Below are positions 17,895-27,811 of a stretch of 64,000 nucleotides of DNA, in pieces. Origin of the DNA: Oligoflexia bacterium (GTDB lineage: Bacteria > Bdellovibrionota > UBA1018); assembly GCA_963758495.1 (NCBI GenBank), contig CAVWVI010000003.1:320001-384000 (forward strand). The letters run 5' to 3'. The position numbers and the translations under genes are program-made. The notes beneath the pieces were generated by a model. The model was not told where the DNA came from, made no database searches, and saw only the letters and a list, made by a program, of their open reading frames with translations. Within the stretch, counting starts at the first letter, position 1. The number at the start of each line of letters is the position of its first letter.

Positions 17895-19241
17895 TTATTG
17901 CGTGGGCAATCCCCTCTCGGACCATTTCACGGTGCCTCCATTCATGCTTCGCACATTTCTGTAGCCGAGAGATTTCAATAGAAGCATTCCAGAGAGTGAC
18001 ATGTTCCCACGATTGCATACCGTAACAATAGGAGTATTACGATCTTCAGGAAGTTCTCGAGCCCGTGCAACGATTCTTTCCAGGGGTACATTGATGGCTC
18101 CCAAAACGTGGGCCTCTTGATAAATCTCCGGATCACGCACATCGACGATCAGAGGTCTTTTTTCGTTCTGCAAAAGTTTGCTCACTTCCTCAATTTCGAC
18201 AGTATCAAAAGGGTTACGGGAATTATCAATCAGTGTTTTCAGCATAGAATCCGTTGGCACGGAAGCCACGGGTTCCTTTTTAAGATGGGCGAAGAGTTCG
18301 GGGAAGTGACGCACAAATGATGAGGCATATTTGAAGATGTTATCGGGAAAAATCACGACAACAATGGCGTCTGGTTGATCCTGGATTACTTTTAACGCAC
18401 CTGCCAGGGCCATTCCTGAACTAGGACCAGCAATGATACTTTCTTCGCGGTTGAGGCGAAGGCACATTGCGTAGGCTTCGTCATTTTGAACCTCAACCAA
18501 TTGGTTATATTCCTTCGGATTGAAAAATCGAGTCTGCTTCAACTGCTTGATTGAGCGAACTCCCGGAATATCGTGACCTTCGTTTGGATGAACGCCGATG
18601 ATCTGCACCTTTGAGTTTTTCTCTTTTAGAAAGCGCCCCGTTCCAGTAATCGTCCCGCACGTACCGAGCGCTGCAATGAGGTGGGTTACTTCCCCTTTTG
18701 TCTGTCTCCAAATTTCTGGACCCGTCGTCCGGTAATGTGCATTGGGATTCGCTTCGTTCTCATATTGATTCAGCATCTCAAATTCCGGATTTTTTTTTGC
18801 GGTATCCATCGCTAATGCGATTGCCCCCTCGGGAGCTCCCGGTGCTGGACAAAGGGTATCATCAAGCTCTATAACGTCGCATCCAATAAAACGGAGAAGC
18901 GCTCGCTTTTCCAGCGGGATGGCTGAGGAAAGAGGAGAACGCAATGGATAACCCTTTGCATTACCGACCATAGTTAGGCCGAGTCCTGTATTGCCTGAGG
19001 TAGGCTCAACCAATTTCTTCCCCGGCCCAATTCGACCGGACTCTTCAGCAGCTTTGATTAAATTTGCCGCAATTCTGTCCTTCACCGCACCAAAAGGGTT
19101 ATACCATTCAAGCTTAGCAAATAATTTCGCCTCCTTAAAGGAAACGACTCGATTCAAGCGAACCAAGGGCGTGGGGTTTTCCTCACTGGAAAGCATCTCT
19201 AAGACTGAATCAAATACTCGAACAGAAAGATCACTCTTCAT
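17895..19241 (-). CDS. PLP-dependent cysteine synthase-family protein fused to a C-terminal rhodanese
   Basis: KLEWYNPFGAVKDRIA, EPTSGNTG, GTCGT, GPSSG; rhodanese VDVR..HVLGAINVP..VCNRGNMS..MNGG; SD ggagg before ATG 19241. Confidence 0.9.
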   Translation of the reverse strand: MKSDLSVRVFDSVLEMLSSEENPTPLVRLNRVVSFKEAKLFAKLEWYNPFGAVKDRIAANLIKAAEESGRIGPGKKLVEPTSGNTGLGLTMVGNAKGYPLRSPLSSAIPLEKRALLRFIGCDVIELDDTLCPAPGAPEGAIALAMDTAKKNPEFEMLNQYENEANPNAHYRTTGPEIWRQTKGEVTHLIAALGTCGTITGTGRFLKEKNSKVQIIGVHPNEGHDIPGVRSIKQLKQTRFFNPKEYNQLVEVQNDEAYAMCLRLNREESIIAGPSSGMALAGALKVIQDQPDAIVVVIFPDNIFKYASSFVRHFPELFAHLKKEPVASVPTDSMLKTLIDNSRNPFDTVEIEEVSKLLQNEKRPLIVDVRDPEIYQEAHVLGAINVPLERIVARARELPEDRNTPIVTVCNRGNMSLSGMLLLKSLGYRNVRSMNGGTVKWSERGLPTQ

Positions 19242-19342
19242 TTTATTTTGACCTCCATTGATCAAGCTCCAGTCACTCCACGCATAACCCGGTATGCCAC
19301 CATACCCGGCTTTAAAGGCTTTCCGCAATAAAGATTAGCAAA

Positions 19343-19730
19343 TCACGGCGAAGAGTGGTGTCGGGTGTTGTCTTCCTCTTGGCCTGAGTTGTTTGCCCTT
19401 AGCTCAAGAGGAAGCTCGACAATGAAATTCGATCCTTTCCCAACTTCGCTCTCTACCCAAATTTTTCCACCATGAGCTTCAGCAAGCTCCCTTGCGATGT
19501 ATAACCCCAGTCCCAACCCTCCATAAAAACGTGAATCAACCGCTCGCTCAAATCGTTCAAAAATTCTTGTTTGATCCTGTCTTGAAATTCCTGGACCATA
19601 GTCACGGACAGAAAGAATCGAATTCTCGAACATCAGCGCGCCGAAAGGCTCGTCACGTAAAATCAAAGGAAGAGCAATGAGAGATTTCACTCCTAGGGCA
19701 CGAAAAACCTCAAGATACTTCGGGTCTTTC
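19343..19730 (-). pseudogene. Histidine-kinase remnant (GAF piece fused to HATPase C-terminus)
   Basis: [24 protein letters not shown] runs directly into [33 protein letters not shown]-box and N-box are absent. Confidence 0.7.
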
Positions 19731-19735
19731 TATAC

Positions 19736-21265
19736 CTATTGCTCTCTTAAATTAATTGGACAGACACAAAGAGCATCCGCCCTGGCATCGGTTATCTCTT
19801 GGCCCAGGTCTCTCTTTGCTCGTCGAGCATCCACAAGATCTTGATAATCCATTTGGATTTGAGGAGCATAAAGAGGGGTCATATTGAATGGATTGAGTCC
19901 CTGAGCTAATAGCCCTCCGGAAGTCGGCAAGAAACAACTGAGTAAAGGAGCTAATCTTCGGGTTTTATTCCGCGATGGTTGCTCAACAATAGACTTCATT
20001 AAAACATGAAAAGCTTCACCCATCTTCTCCGCTTTCATGAGTTCTACGATGTGTTTTTCCGCTCCTTCCCCGCTTTCTCCTTCTGGAGCTTCTACAGCAG
20101 ACTTCAAGCCTTTGAGAAGCCACAGGTTAACAGTTTCACAAAAGCGCTCCCATCGAAAATCCACGTCTCGTTCGGCACCCATTTCAACGTTTGCATGCAC
20201 AAAAAAGATGTAAAAACGCCAAAAATCCGCAGGTAGAGTCGCTAATGCTTCCTCAAGCCAGATGCCCGTGCCCGTTGACTTTGAGCAAATTCCGCCTTCA
20301 TAGATAAAAACCTCGTTGGGTAACAGTTTCCAATTTTCAACTGAATACCCTCTGTTACTCGCCAAAAGAAGGGCGGGAAAAAGAGCCCCATAAAATGGAG
20401 TGCCATCCATTCCTAGAAAAAAATGATGTCGAGTATCAGGACTCTTCCAGTAACGATCTTCCATGTTAGAACCTTGTTTCGCCAACATCGAAACTTTCGC
20501 CAAAAGAGAATCGACCCAGGAGTACACCGTTTTACCCGGTAGGCTAGCCAAAGGAATTCCCCATTGAGTATCTCGAGTGATGCAAACATTGGGATTTTCA
20601 ACAAGGGTACGCCGAACTCTCTCTGATACCTCAGCTTGGTCCTTAGCTGGAGCTTGAGCGTGATTCACAATCTTGTCTTTGAAAAGATCCATTCTAAAGA
20701 AAAGATGAGGCTCTTCTCGCCACTCGACGCTCCCTGCACATACGGCACATCGACCCTCTATTACTTTGTCAGATTCAACTAAACGAGCACAGTCTTTCTT
20801 ATTGTTACACTGATTACCGTAGGTTCTCCCTCTACAGTAAGGGCAAGTCCCTTCCAAAAACCGATCAGGCAAGTGATGCTGACAGCGAGTGCACCAAGCT
20901 ATTTTCTGAGTCCCAGAAGTAACCACTTCGCGATCGACAAGGTCTTGGATGAGTTCTTGAACAAATTGAGCATGAAAAGGATCTTGAGTTCTTCCAAAGT
21001 GATCAAATGAAAGCTCTAACTTATTTAAGAGTGGAAGTGTTGCTTCATACTTCGAATCAAGCAATTGTTTGGGAGTTATACCATACCCGTGAGCAACATA
21101 CTCACTTCTTGCTCCATGCTCATCGGCACCACAAAGAAAAAAGACTTCTTCTCCACTCATGCGATGAAACCGTGCACAAACATCCGCGAAAAGCATCGGG
21201 ACACAATTGTGGAGTCCAGGAATATCGTACAAATAAGGCCAGCCTGCACTCACAAAGTGAATCAT
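19736..21265 (-). CDS. Methionyl-tRNA synthetase paralog with degenerate HIGH/KMSKS and shortened anticodon-binding domain
   Basis: ADVCARFHRMSG..CGADEHG, Zn knuckles CTRC/CPYC/C..C/CAVC, CITRDTQWGIP, VYSWVD; HIGH position = GLHN, KMSKS = ICSKS, GKD = GMD. Confidence 0.85.
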   Translation of the reverse strand: MIHFVSAGWPYLYDIPGLHNCVPMLFADVCARFHRMSGEEVFFLCGADEHGARSEYVAHGYGITPKQLLDSKYEATLPLLNKLELSFDHFGRTQDPFHAQFVQELIQDLVDREVVTSGTQKIAWCTRCQHHLPDRFLEGTCPYCRGRTYGNQCNNKKDCARLVESDKVIEGRCAVCAGSVEWREEPHLFFRMDLFKDKIVNHAQAPAKDQAEVSERVRRTLVENPNVCITRDTQWGIPLASLPGKTVYSWVDSLLAKVSMLAKQGSNMEDRYWKSPDTRHHFFLGMDGTPFYGALFPALLLASNRGYSVENWKLLPNEVFIYEGGICSKSTGTGIWLEEALATLPADFWRFYIFFVHANVEMGAERDVDFRWERFCETVNLWLLKGLKSAVEAPEGESGEGAEKHIVELMKAEKMGEAFHVLMKSIVEQPSRNKTRRLAPLLSCFLPTSGGLLAQGLNPFNMTPLYAPQIQMDYQDLVDARRAKRDLGQEITDARADALCVCPINLREQ

Positions 21266-22446
21266 TGTTCATCTCTCCTATAATTTCCAGGTCTGCTATA
21301 AACAGCTTTTGCGATTTCTTTTACTGCATTTACGGCCATTTCAACATCTTGATGAGTACTCGACCAGCCCAAGCTGAATCGAACTGTTCCTTGATCTTGA
21401 GTGCCCAAGTTCTGATGAATGAGCGGCGAACAGTGGATACCAGTACGCACCATAATTCCAAATTTTTTGCCCAGCATCTGTCCCACCTCAGCGGTATCCA
21501 GTGCCTTCAGACTCATGGATGTAATGGCTACTTTAGCTTCGGCTTCGGGCCCATGAATAGTAACTCCATCAATACCTTGAAGCTGCTCCATTAAGAGTCG
21601 GTTGAGTTTTACCTCATGCTCACGAAATACTTCGACCCCTGTTGTTAAAATATGCTCCACTCCAGCCAATAGTCCTGCAAGTCCAACCATATTGGGAGTG
21701 CCAGACTCATATCGCTCGGGTCGGGTGAGGGGTTGCTCTAAGCTTTCTGAATGCGAACCGTTTCCTCCTTCACGGAGGGGTTCCAAATCAAGTCCTGAAC
21801 GAAGGAATAATCCTCCCGTTCCAGGAAGACCCAAAAGACTTTTGTGCCCAGTAAAAGCAAACATGTCAATTCCCAGCTCCTCCACATTCACTGGAAATGC
21901 TCCTGCAGTTTGCGCCCCATCTACAAGAAGAGGAATTCCCAATTCTCGAGTTTTACGGGAAATCTCCTGAATGGGTTGGAGAGTGCCCAAAACATTGGAT
22001 GCATGAACACACGCAATCAATCGGGTTCGAGGATTCACTGCCTTGACTAAGTCGTCAGGAGAAACCTCACCTCGGGAATTACTTTTTACAATGGTAACAT
22101 CAATCTCACGGGTTCTGCGTAAACTCCAAAGTGGGCGTAGCAAAGCATTATGTTCGAGATCCGTCACAACAACGTGATCCCCCTTGCGGAGGTAACCTTT
22201 CAACGCCAAATTCAAGGCGTCTGTAGAATTCGCAGTAAAGATTAAATTTGACGGATCCTTAATCCCAAGAAGCTGCGACAATTTAGAACGCAACCTGACA
22301 AGAATACGTTCCGACTCTTGTGCCTTAACGTAACTGCCCCGAGCTGGACTCGCTCCCCCATGGCGCATGAATTTCTCTACAGCTTGATAAACACTCTCAG
22401 GCTTGGGAAAACTCGTAGCTGCATTATCTAGATAGACCTCACTCAT
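21262..22446 (-). CDS. Cysteine desulfurase / selenocysteine lyase-family class V PLP enzyme
   Basis: YLDNAATSFPKP, EHNA, DGAQTAG, FTGHKSLLG (PLP Lys), RTGIHC (catalytic Cys), VRFSLG; ATGA overlap with the next gene. Confidence 0.92.
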   Translation of the reverse strand: MSEVYLDNAATSFPKPESVYQAVEKFMRHGGASPARGSYVKAQESERILVRLRSKLSQLLGIKDPSNLIFTANSTDALNLALKGYLRKGDHVVVTDLEHNALLRPLWSLRRTREIDVTIVKSNSRGEVSPDDLVKAVNPRTRLIACVHASNVLGTLQPIQEISRKTRELGIPLLVDGAQTAGAFPVNVEELGIDMFAFTGHKSLLGLPGTGGLFLRSGLDLEPLREGGNGSHSESLEQPLTRPERYESGTPNMVGLAGLLAGVEHILTTGVEVFREHEVKLNRLLMEQLQGIDGVTIHGPEAEAKVAITSMSLKALDTAEVGQMLGKKFGIMVRTGIHCSPLIHQNLGTQDQGTVRFSLGWSSTHQDVEMAVNAVKEIAKAVYSRPGNYRRDEQ

Positions 22447-22571
22447 TTTTTCCCCTTTACTCGCAGAACTCTTATTAAAAAGAGTTACGCCGCACGTTAT
22501 AAATGGATTACTGCCTTGTGACAAGTCTTATATCAGAATTTTCAAATTTCAAAAATCAGTTGCTCGTCCTC

Positions 22572-22631
22572 TTCATGAACACCTTATTCATGAACACCTT
22601 ATTCATGAACACCTTATTCATGAACGCCTTA
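22572..22631. repeat. 15-bp tandem repeat x4
   Basis: (ttcatgaacacctta)x3 plus ttcatgaacgcctta. Confidence 0.9.
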
Positions 22632-22658
22632 GATGAACTCGTCTACAAAACTTATCCC

Positions 22659-24392
22659 CTAGTGTGATCTTTTTTTTGACGGAGAATCTCCGAGGATTTG
22701 ACTAAAATCATTCGAGAAAACTCCGTGAGGATCAAAGTTATGAACTACGTTCATAAAGCGCCTCAAATGATCTTCATAGTTTCCCAATTTAATTTCAAGC
22801 GGAAAGACCCAGTCTTGATTTTTTCCAAAGTGAGCACGTCCATGATACTTTTCAATCAGTAGTTTCGCCATCTTTTTATAGGATTTCAAATAATCAGTAG
22901 CTAAACTTCTTGGAAATCCGAGAGGACGAAAGTATGGAAATTCGATCATTACGGCTGGCTCATGAAGATGAAATTCACCTCCAGCACTGGTATGTGCCAT
23001 CAAGGTAGTATCTTCCGCTGGAGCAAATCGAATAAAGATTCCCGTCAAAGGAAATGAGGCTCCAGATTGCAAAAACAACTGCTGGAGATCCACCAAAGCA
23101 TCCTGAGCATACGAAAGTGGAACCGCAATTTCCCAATCGGAAACATACATACTTTGTTTGTCCTGATTATAGAGGCTCGACATCATTCGATGAGAAGGCC
23201 CAATTACATTTGTAGAAGGCGTAGAGTTATGAAAAAAGTTATTTTTTTCAAACGGAGGTAAGATCTTAAGACTTAAATATCTAAGATCTTCTAAAAGAAT
23301 ATTCAGATTCTGATGACATGCTCCATACTGAAGAACTAGAGGAAACGGTTTGACTATGAAACTGGGAATTGGCGGACTGAGCAACGTATTATTCGCATTT
23401 TTGTCAGGCAACTCATAGGTTTTATTACCGCACGTCTTTACATATTTCTTTGCGTGCGGAAACCAATGAATCTGACCATAGTCACAATTTCTAATTGCGG
23501 ACAAAACACCGTTACCTCGAATCATCTCTTTATCTTGCCCATAGGTGACATGAACGTGAAGATTGAATTGTGGAAAAATTCGTAGCCTAATTCGCACCAC
23601 TGCACCGAGCATTCCTAAATTTGCTCTGAGCGCTTTGAATGTATCTGGGTCTGTATTATTCGCCGAGAGTTCTGCGAGCGTGCCGTCTGCCTTGACCAGA
23701 GTGATAGACTCAACAAGCGATGAGAGGACTGCTGTATGATGAGGTGAGCTTCCATGAGCTCCCGTGGCAATAGCACCTGCGATAGATACGCCGCGATAAC
23801 CAATAATTGCATAACCTAACGACTGATTGCGCTGATGTAGCCATTCTGTTAGCTCGTCCAGTGTCGCACCAGGCTCTACCACTACAGTGTCTTTGCCATC
23901 ATATTTTTCTATTCCGATAATATGACGGAGTTTTTCCGTCGTAATGATGATCCCGTCTGAGCATATTTGATGATTCGTGGTATGAGCATTTCCAATCACT
24001 CGAATATGTGCACCTACGCTCACAGCCCGCTTCACTATGCTTTGGACTTCTTCTGCCGTTTCTGGATGATCCACCTCCTGCACCTTGTCGCAGAATGTCT
24101 CTGAGTTATATGATTTAACGGGCGCTTTCAAGCAATCCTCAGGGCATGTCACTTCATTTTCACCTGATTCTGGTTCGCATTTACCGTTACCACACGTCAG
24201 TATTAGGCCCGCACCTGGGCAAGACGCCGCAAGATCATTTTCTGACATTTCTTCGTTTATTTGGTCTAGTACTTTTTGGTAATTTTTTTTATCTTGAATT
24301 TGATTAGAATACGAATAACGAATCGATGAAATGAAAACGACTGAAACGATCAGAACAAGAGTATTTACATGATTAGTCATTAAAGAATCCAT
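22659..24392 (-). CDS. Secreted FAD-linked oxidase (gulonolactone/arabinonolactone oxidase-like)
   Basis: VIGNAHT, VVEPGATL, SIAGAIATGAHGS, LGMLGAV, GRAHFGKN, FDPHGVFSN; N-terminal CGNGKCEPESGENEVTCPEDC module. Confidence 0.85.
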   Translation of the reverse strand: MDSLMTNHVNTLVLIVSVVFISSIRYSYSNQIQDKKNYQKVLDQINEEMSENDLAASCPGAGLILTCGNGKCEPESGENEVTCPEDCLKAPVKSYNSETFCDKVQEVDHPETAEEVQSIVKRAVSVGAHIRVIGNAHTTNHQICSDGIIITTEKLRHIIGIEKYDGKDTVVVEPGATLDELTEWLHQRNQSLGYAIIGYRGVSIAGAIATGAHGSSPHHTAVLSSLVESITLVKADGTLAELSANNTDPDTFKALRANLGMLGAVVRIRLRIFPQFNLHVHVTYGQDKEMIRGNGVLSAIRNCDYGQIHWFPHAKKYVKTCGNKTYELPDKNANNTLLSPPIPSFIVKPFPLVLQYGACHQNLNILLEDLRYLSLKILPPFEKNNFFHNSTPSTNVIGPSHRMMSSLYNQDKQSMYVSDWEIAVPLSYAQDALVDLQQLFLQSGASFPLTGIFIRFAPAEDTTLMAHTSAGGEFHLHEPAVMIEFPYFRPLGFPRSLATDYLKSYKKMAKLLIEKYHGRAHFGKNQDWVFPLEIKLGNYEDHLRRFMNVVHNFDPHGVFSNDFSQILGDSPSKKRSH

Positions 24393-24769
24393 CCTCTACT
24401 TTGATTATGTAAACCGGTCCGGACCCTACATGACTGGAAGTTTATTTCCAATATAATTTTCAGAAATATCCCAGGATTTGACAAAGCTATTTCACAATGC
24501 ACAATACAATGCGTAATTTTGACGCTATATTGCGTCTGACCATTAAAAGACTGAGGTACAGTCCTTCAGGTAGGCAATATTTTTCCAAAAGCGTTTCCCG
24601 CCGGAGGCAGTTCAGCCCAATGAACGTTAACCTCCGCAGTATTTTTAGATTAATCCAACGTATCCGCCCTTCAAAACCGATTTTTACTTCCTATACATGA
24701 ATCATTAGCTATGATTTAATAATTGAGTAGACAACTCTAAACCCTATGCTTCAGGAAAAAGGCGATCCC

Positions 24770-26588
24770 ATGAAACTTCTCGCCGCAGGTATTTTGTTAT
24801 TTACGTCCATAGCACTAGCTGGAGATGGACCACTTTCTCTATCACCCGATCAATTTAATCAATATTTACAAAATATAGTGCAAAGGGAACAGCGAGAAAT
24901 AATTGAACTAGAAGCAAAACTGGCCACATTACTTTCGAAGCCCCCCAAAGAAAAAACCAACCTTCAAACGCAAATTGGAAGATTCAGACCTAGCCCCTCA
25001 TCACGGATGCCCATCCAAACCTCCTCTTCCAAAACCACTACTCCCACACCCAGCGAAAACGACAACGACGAATTGAAGCAAGCATTAATTGAGAGCCTAA
25101 GTAATGATATTGACGCGAAAAAATCAAACATTGAGTCCATCTACAAACTCTCTACAGACGAAACACATAATACCGAATTTCAATGCAGCATTTAGCAAGT
25201 TTTATGAAAACGATCAGGGCTTAAAGTCCAGAGTTGATCAACATCAAAACAACATCGATAACTTCAAGAAATGTGTGGAACAGTTAGGACTCTCCCAAAA
25301 TAAATCCTGCTCCGAGTGTGCAAATTCGGCAAAATGTCAGGTGGAAATAAACAAAATACTGCTCACCAGCATTGAACATTTCCAATCACTGACGCGCGAT
25401 CTTTGCTCTATGACTCTCAGATTAGCACAATTAGACGATGCAGATAATAAAGACCTGGCGGATAAACTCCAGGGACCTGCAAGGGATTTTTATTATGAGG
25501 GTAACCGTGACTTTCAAAACGTCATTATGACCTACCTCTCAATAAGTAGTGGAAAAGTAGATCATGGTCAAACTGAGACCGACAAGGCAATAGCCATTCT
25601 GAACTCCATGATAGGGTTGGGTGCCTTAGCAGGTGGACCCGTCGCTCCCGTCGTAACTGGCCTACTGGGAGTGATCGCCCAACCTATCGCGCAGAATACA
25701 CTGGGTGGTGGCTCCAAAGATCATCCGGCCCGCATTGCAGAAACGGTAGGTCTGGAGTCTCTGTCTACTGTGACCCGAGCTTTATTTCTGAATCTCATCG
25801 AAGGACTTTCAATAAATAATAGTGAAGCGACCTCAGATCAGTCTTGGGGGGAACTCGGAAAAAACTTAAGTTACATTGCCCGTCATTATTTGGCCGATGG
25901 AAGACTGATCGAATTCACAAAACAAATCAATTCCAACAGTCAACTCAAGAAAGATCAAAAAATTGGAATATACCTTTCCGCCCTTGTCTTGAAGTATCTA
26001 ACAGACTCCAAGGAACGAGAAACCCTATCCACCGACTTGAGCAAATCTGACCCGCTGAAAAATGCTCTCAAAACCATAAAGGAAAAAAAACTTGAGATTA
26101 AGGACATACCTACGGTAGTGAATCTAAAAACTGTTAAGTCAATTCAGGAGAGCATCCATAAAAACCCTTACTTTTATGTGCAAGCGAATACAGATACATT
26201 AGGCTTTCTTGCTCCATTTAAACCTTCAAAAGATCAAGCACTTGCCAGACTCTATCTCAAGCCGTACTTTTTGAAATTTGAAGAAATACCAGGAACAGAT
26301 CATGAGTTCTTCATTCGGGATTCAGATGGACATTACCTGACTGCAATAGACCATTCACATTTACGTTTCACGACTGAGCAGAATTATAGCATAAAATTTA
26401 TAGAATCCGAGGATTCTAAATTCAACATACTGGTTTTAAAAAATTCAAAACCGATGGGATTACTTTCTGAAAAAGCGGAGTATTGGGGTATTTACCATCT
26501 TAAATTAATTTCCCAAGGAGAAGCCGAGAAGAACAAAAAGAAGTTGCTTAAATTTACTGTTCAAACGCTAAGTGAAGAAATGCGCTAG
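24770..26588 (+). pseudogene. Secreted hypothetical protein split by a 1-bp frameshift near 25178
   Basis: Signal peptide MKLLAAGILLF; removing one T in gaatttcaat joins the two ORFs as ..HNTEFNAAFSKFYEND.. Confidence 0.55.
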
Positions 26589-26810
26589 CTTTAAGGTGAA
26601 ATCGATTCCGAATTAATCATAACTCATTGGGCACTCTTCGTCGTCAGATATGTATAGAAATTGCAATTTCTGTTTAAGCACCTTTTTTTGATCGGAAGGG
26701 ACTTGTGCTTTCCACAAGCGAAGTTCCTCTAATTGATTTAAATTGAACACCCCAGAAATATCAGTGATCTGAGAATTATCAACATCGAGGTAAATAAGAC
26801 TTTCCAGTCC
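26575..26810. repeat. ~235-bp direct repeat copy 1 (orphan 3' end of the LRR gene)
   Basis: Near-identical to 27573-27811; encodes LIYLDVDNSQITDISG..QKLQFLYISDDE on the minus strand. Confidence 0.88.
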
Positions 26811-26975
26811 ATACATATAAAGGAGAAAGACGGAAGTTCCCTTAAGTTTTCCGTGCATACTCTCAATAGTGAATTGCTTTGACTTCATCAGGAAAATAAA
26901 GTTTGACGCCAAAGCCGCCTAGCTATACTCAACTCATACTAATTTTCTGAAAAACAGCCATACTTAGGAGATCAA

Positions 26976-27569
26976 ATGAAAAAATTTATAAATAAAGTAT
27001 CAAACTACAAGACATCATCTAAGTGGATCACTATTTTTTCTATTTTTCTGATTATTGTAGCAGTTAGCAGTCTTCCCACTCCCAGTTGGGCCGACGAAAA
27101 TTTAAATTCAACGCAAAGAATATGTGACGTGCTTACTATCGCAAGGAACGAATCCGAGCAAAAATTCAAGAAATTAATTGAAACAAAATATAATCGTTCG
27201 GACATGAGATATTGGAACGATCTGGTTCAAGACATACTTACAAAAGAATTCAAAGACTTTCGTGATTTCGTAAGTATTGAGTTACTAGAGACCATCGAAT
27301 CCTTTTTGGAGGATGAAAAATTGGAATTTCGTACCGTTCTTCGAGAGTTTGCCGCTTTAATGGCAAAGGAAGAGCATTCACGTGTATCTGAAATTATCTT
27401 ATCGAGTCTAGAAAACCCGCAAACTGAAATTATTCTAGGTGATAGAGAAAAGACCGCACTAGCTTGGCTGAATTCCACTTACTCAAAAATATTTGATGCT
27501 GAAGCTATTTTAAAACAAATCGAGGAATCTTATATACCAGGCACTTTTGCGCTCAAACGATGGTATTAA
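26976..27569 (+). CDS. Hypothetical secreted helical protein
   Basis: SD aggag, N-terminal hydrophobic segment, 197 aa. Confidence 0.6.
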   Translation: MKKFINKVSNYKTSSKWITIFSIFLIIVAVSSLPTPSWADENLNSTQRICDVLTIARNESEQKFKKLIETKYNRSDMRYWNDLVQDILTKEFKDFRDFVSIELLETIESFLEDEKLEFRTVLREFAALMAKEEHSRVSEIILSSLENPQTEIILGDREKTALAWLNSTYSKIFDAEAILKQIEESYIPGTFALKRWY

Positions 27570-27572
27570 ATT

Positions 27573-27811
27573 AAGAAATGCGCTAGCTTCAAGGTGAAAT
27601 CGATTTCGAGTCAATCCTATAGCTTACGCTACCACCTTTCGTCGTCGGATATGTGTAGAAATTGCAATTTCTGTTTAAGCACCTTTTTTTGATCGGAAGG
27701 GACTGGTGCTTTCAGCACGCGAAGTTCTTCTAATTGATTTAAATTGAATAATCCAGAAATATCAGTGATCTGAGAATTATTAACATCGAGGTAAATAAGA
27801 TTTTCCAGTCC
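27573..27811. repeat. ~235-bp direct repeat copy 2 (3' end of the intact LRR gene and downstream DNA)
   Basis: Near-identical to 26575-26810. Confidence 0.88.

Noticed and set aside
19736..21265. Housekeeping metG
   Set aside because: Signature motifs are altered and the anticodon-binding domain is shortened; called a paralog and given no gene symbol
26575..27811. Diversity-generating retroelement (TR/VR pair, with an RT elsewhere in the window)
   Set aside because: Differences include C>T, G>T, T>G and C>A, not adenine-only, and the only RT is a group II intron maturase inside its own ribozyme
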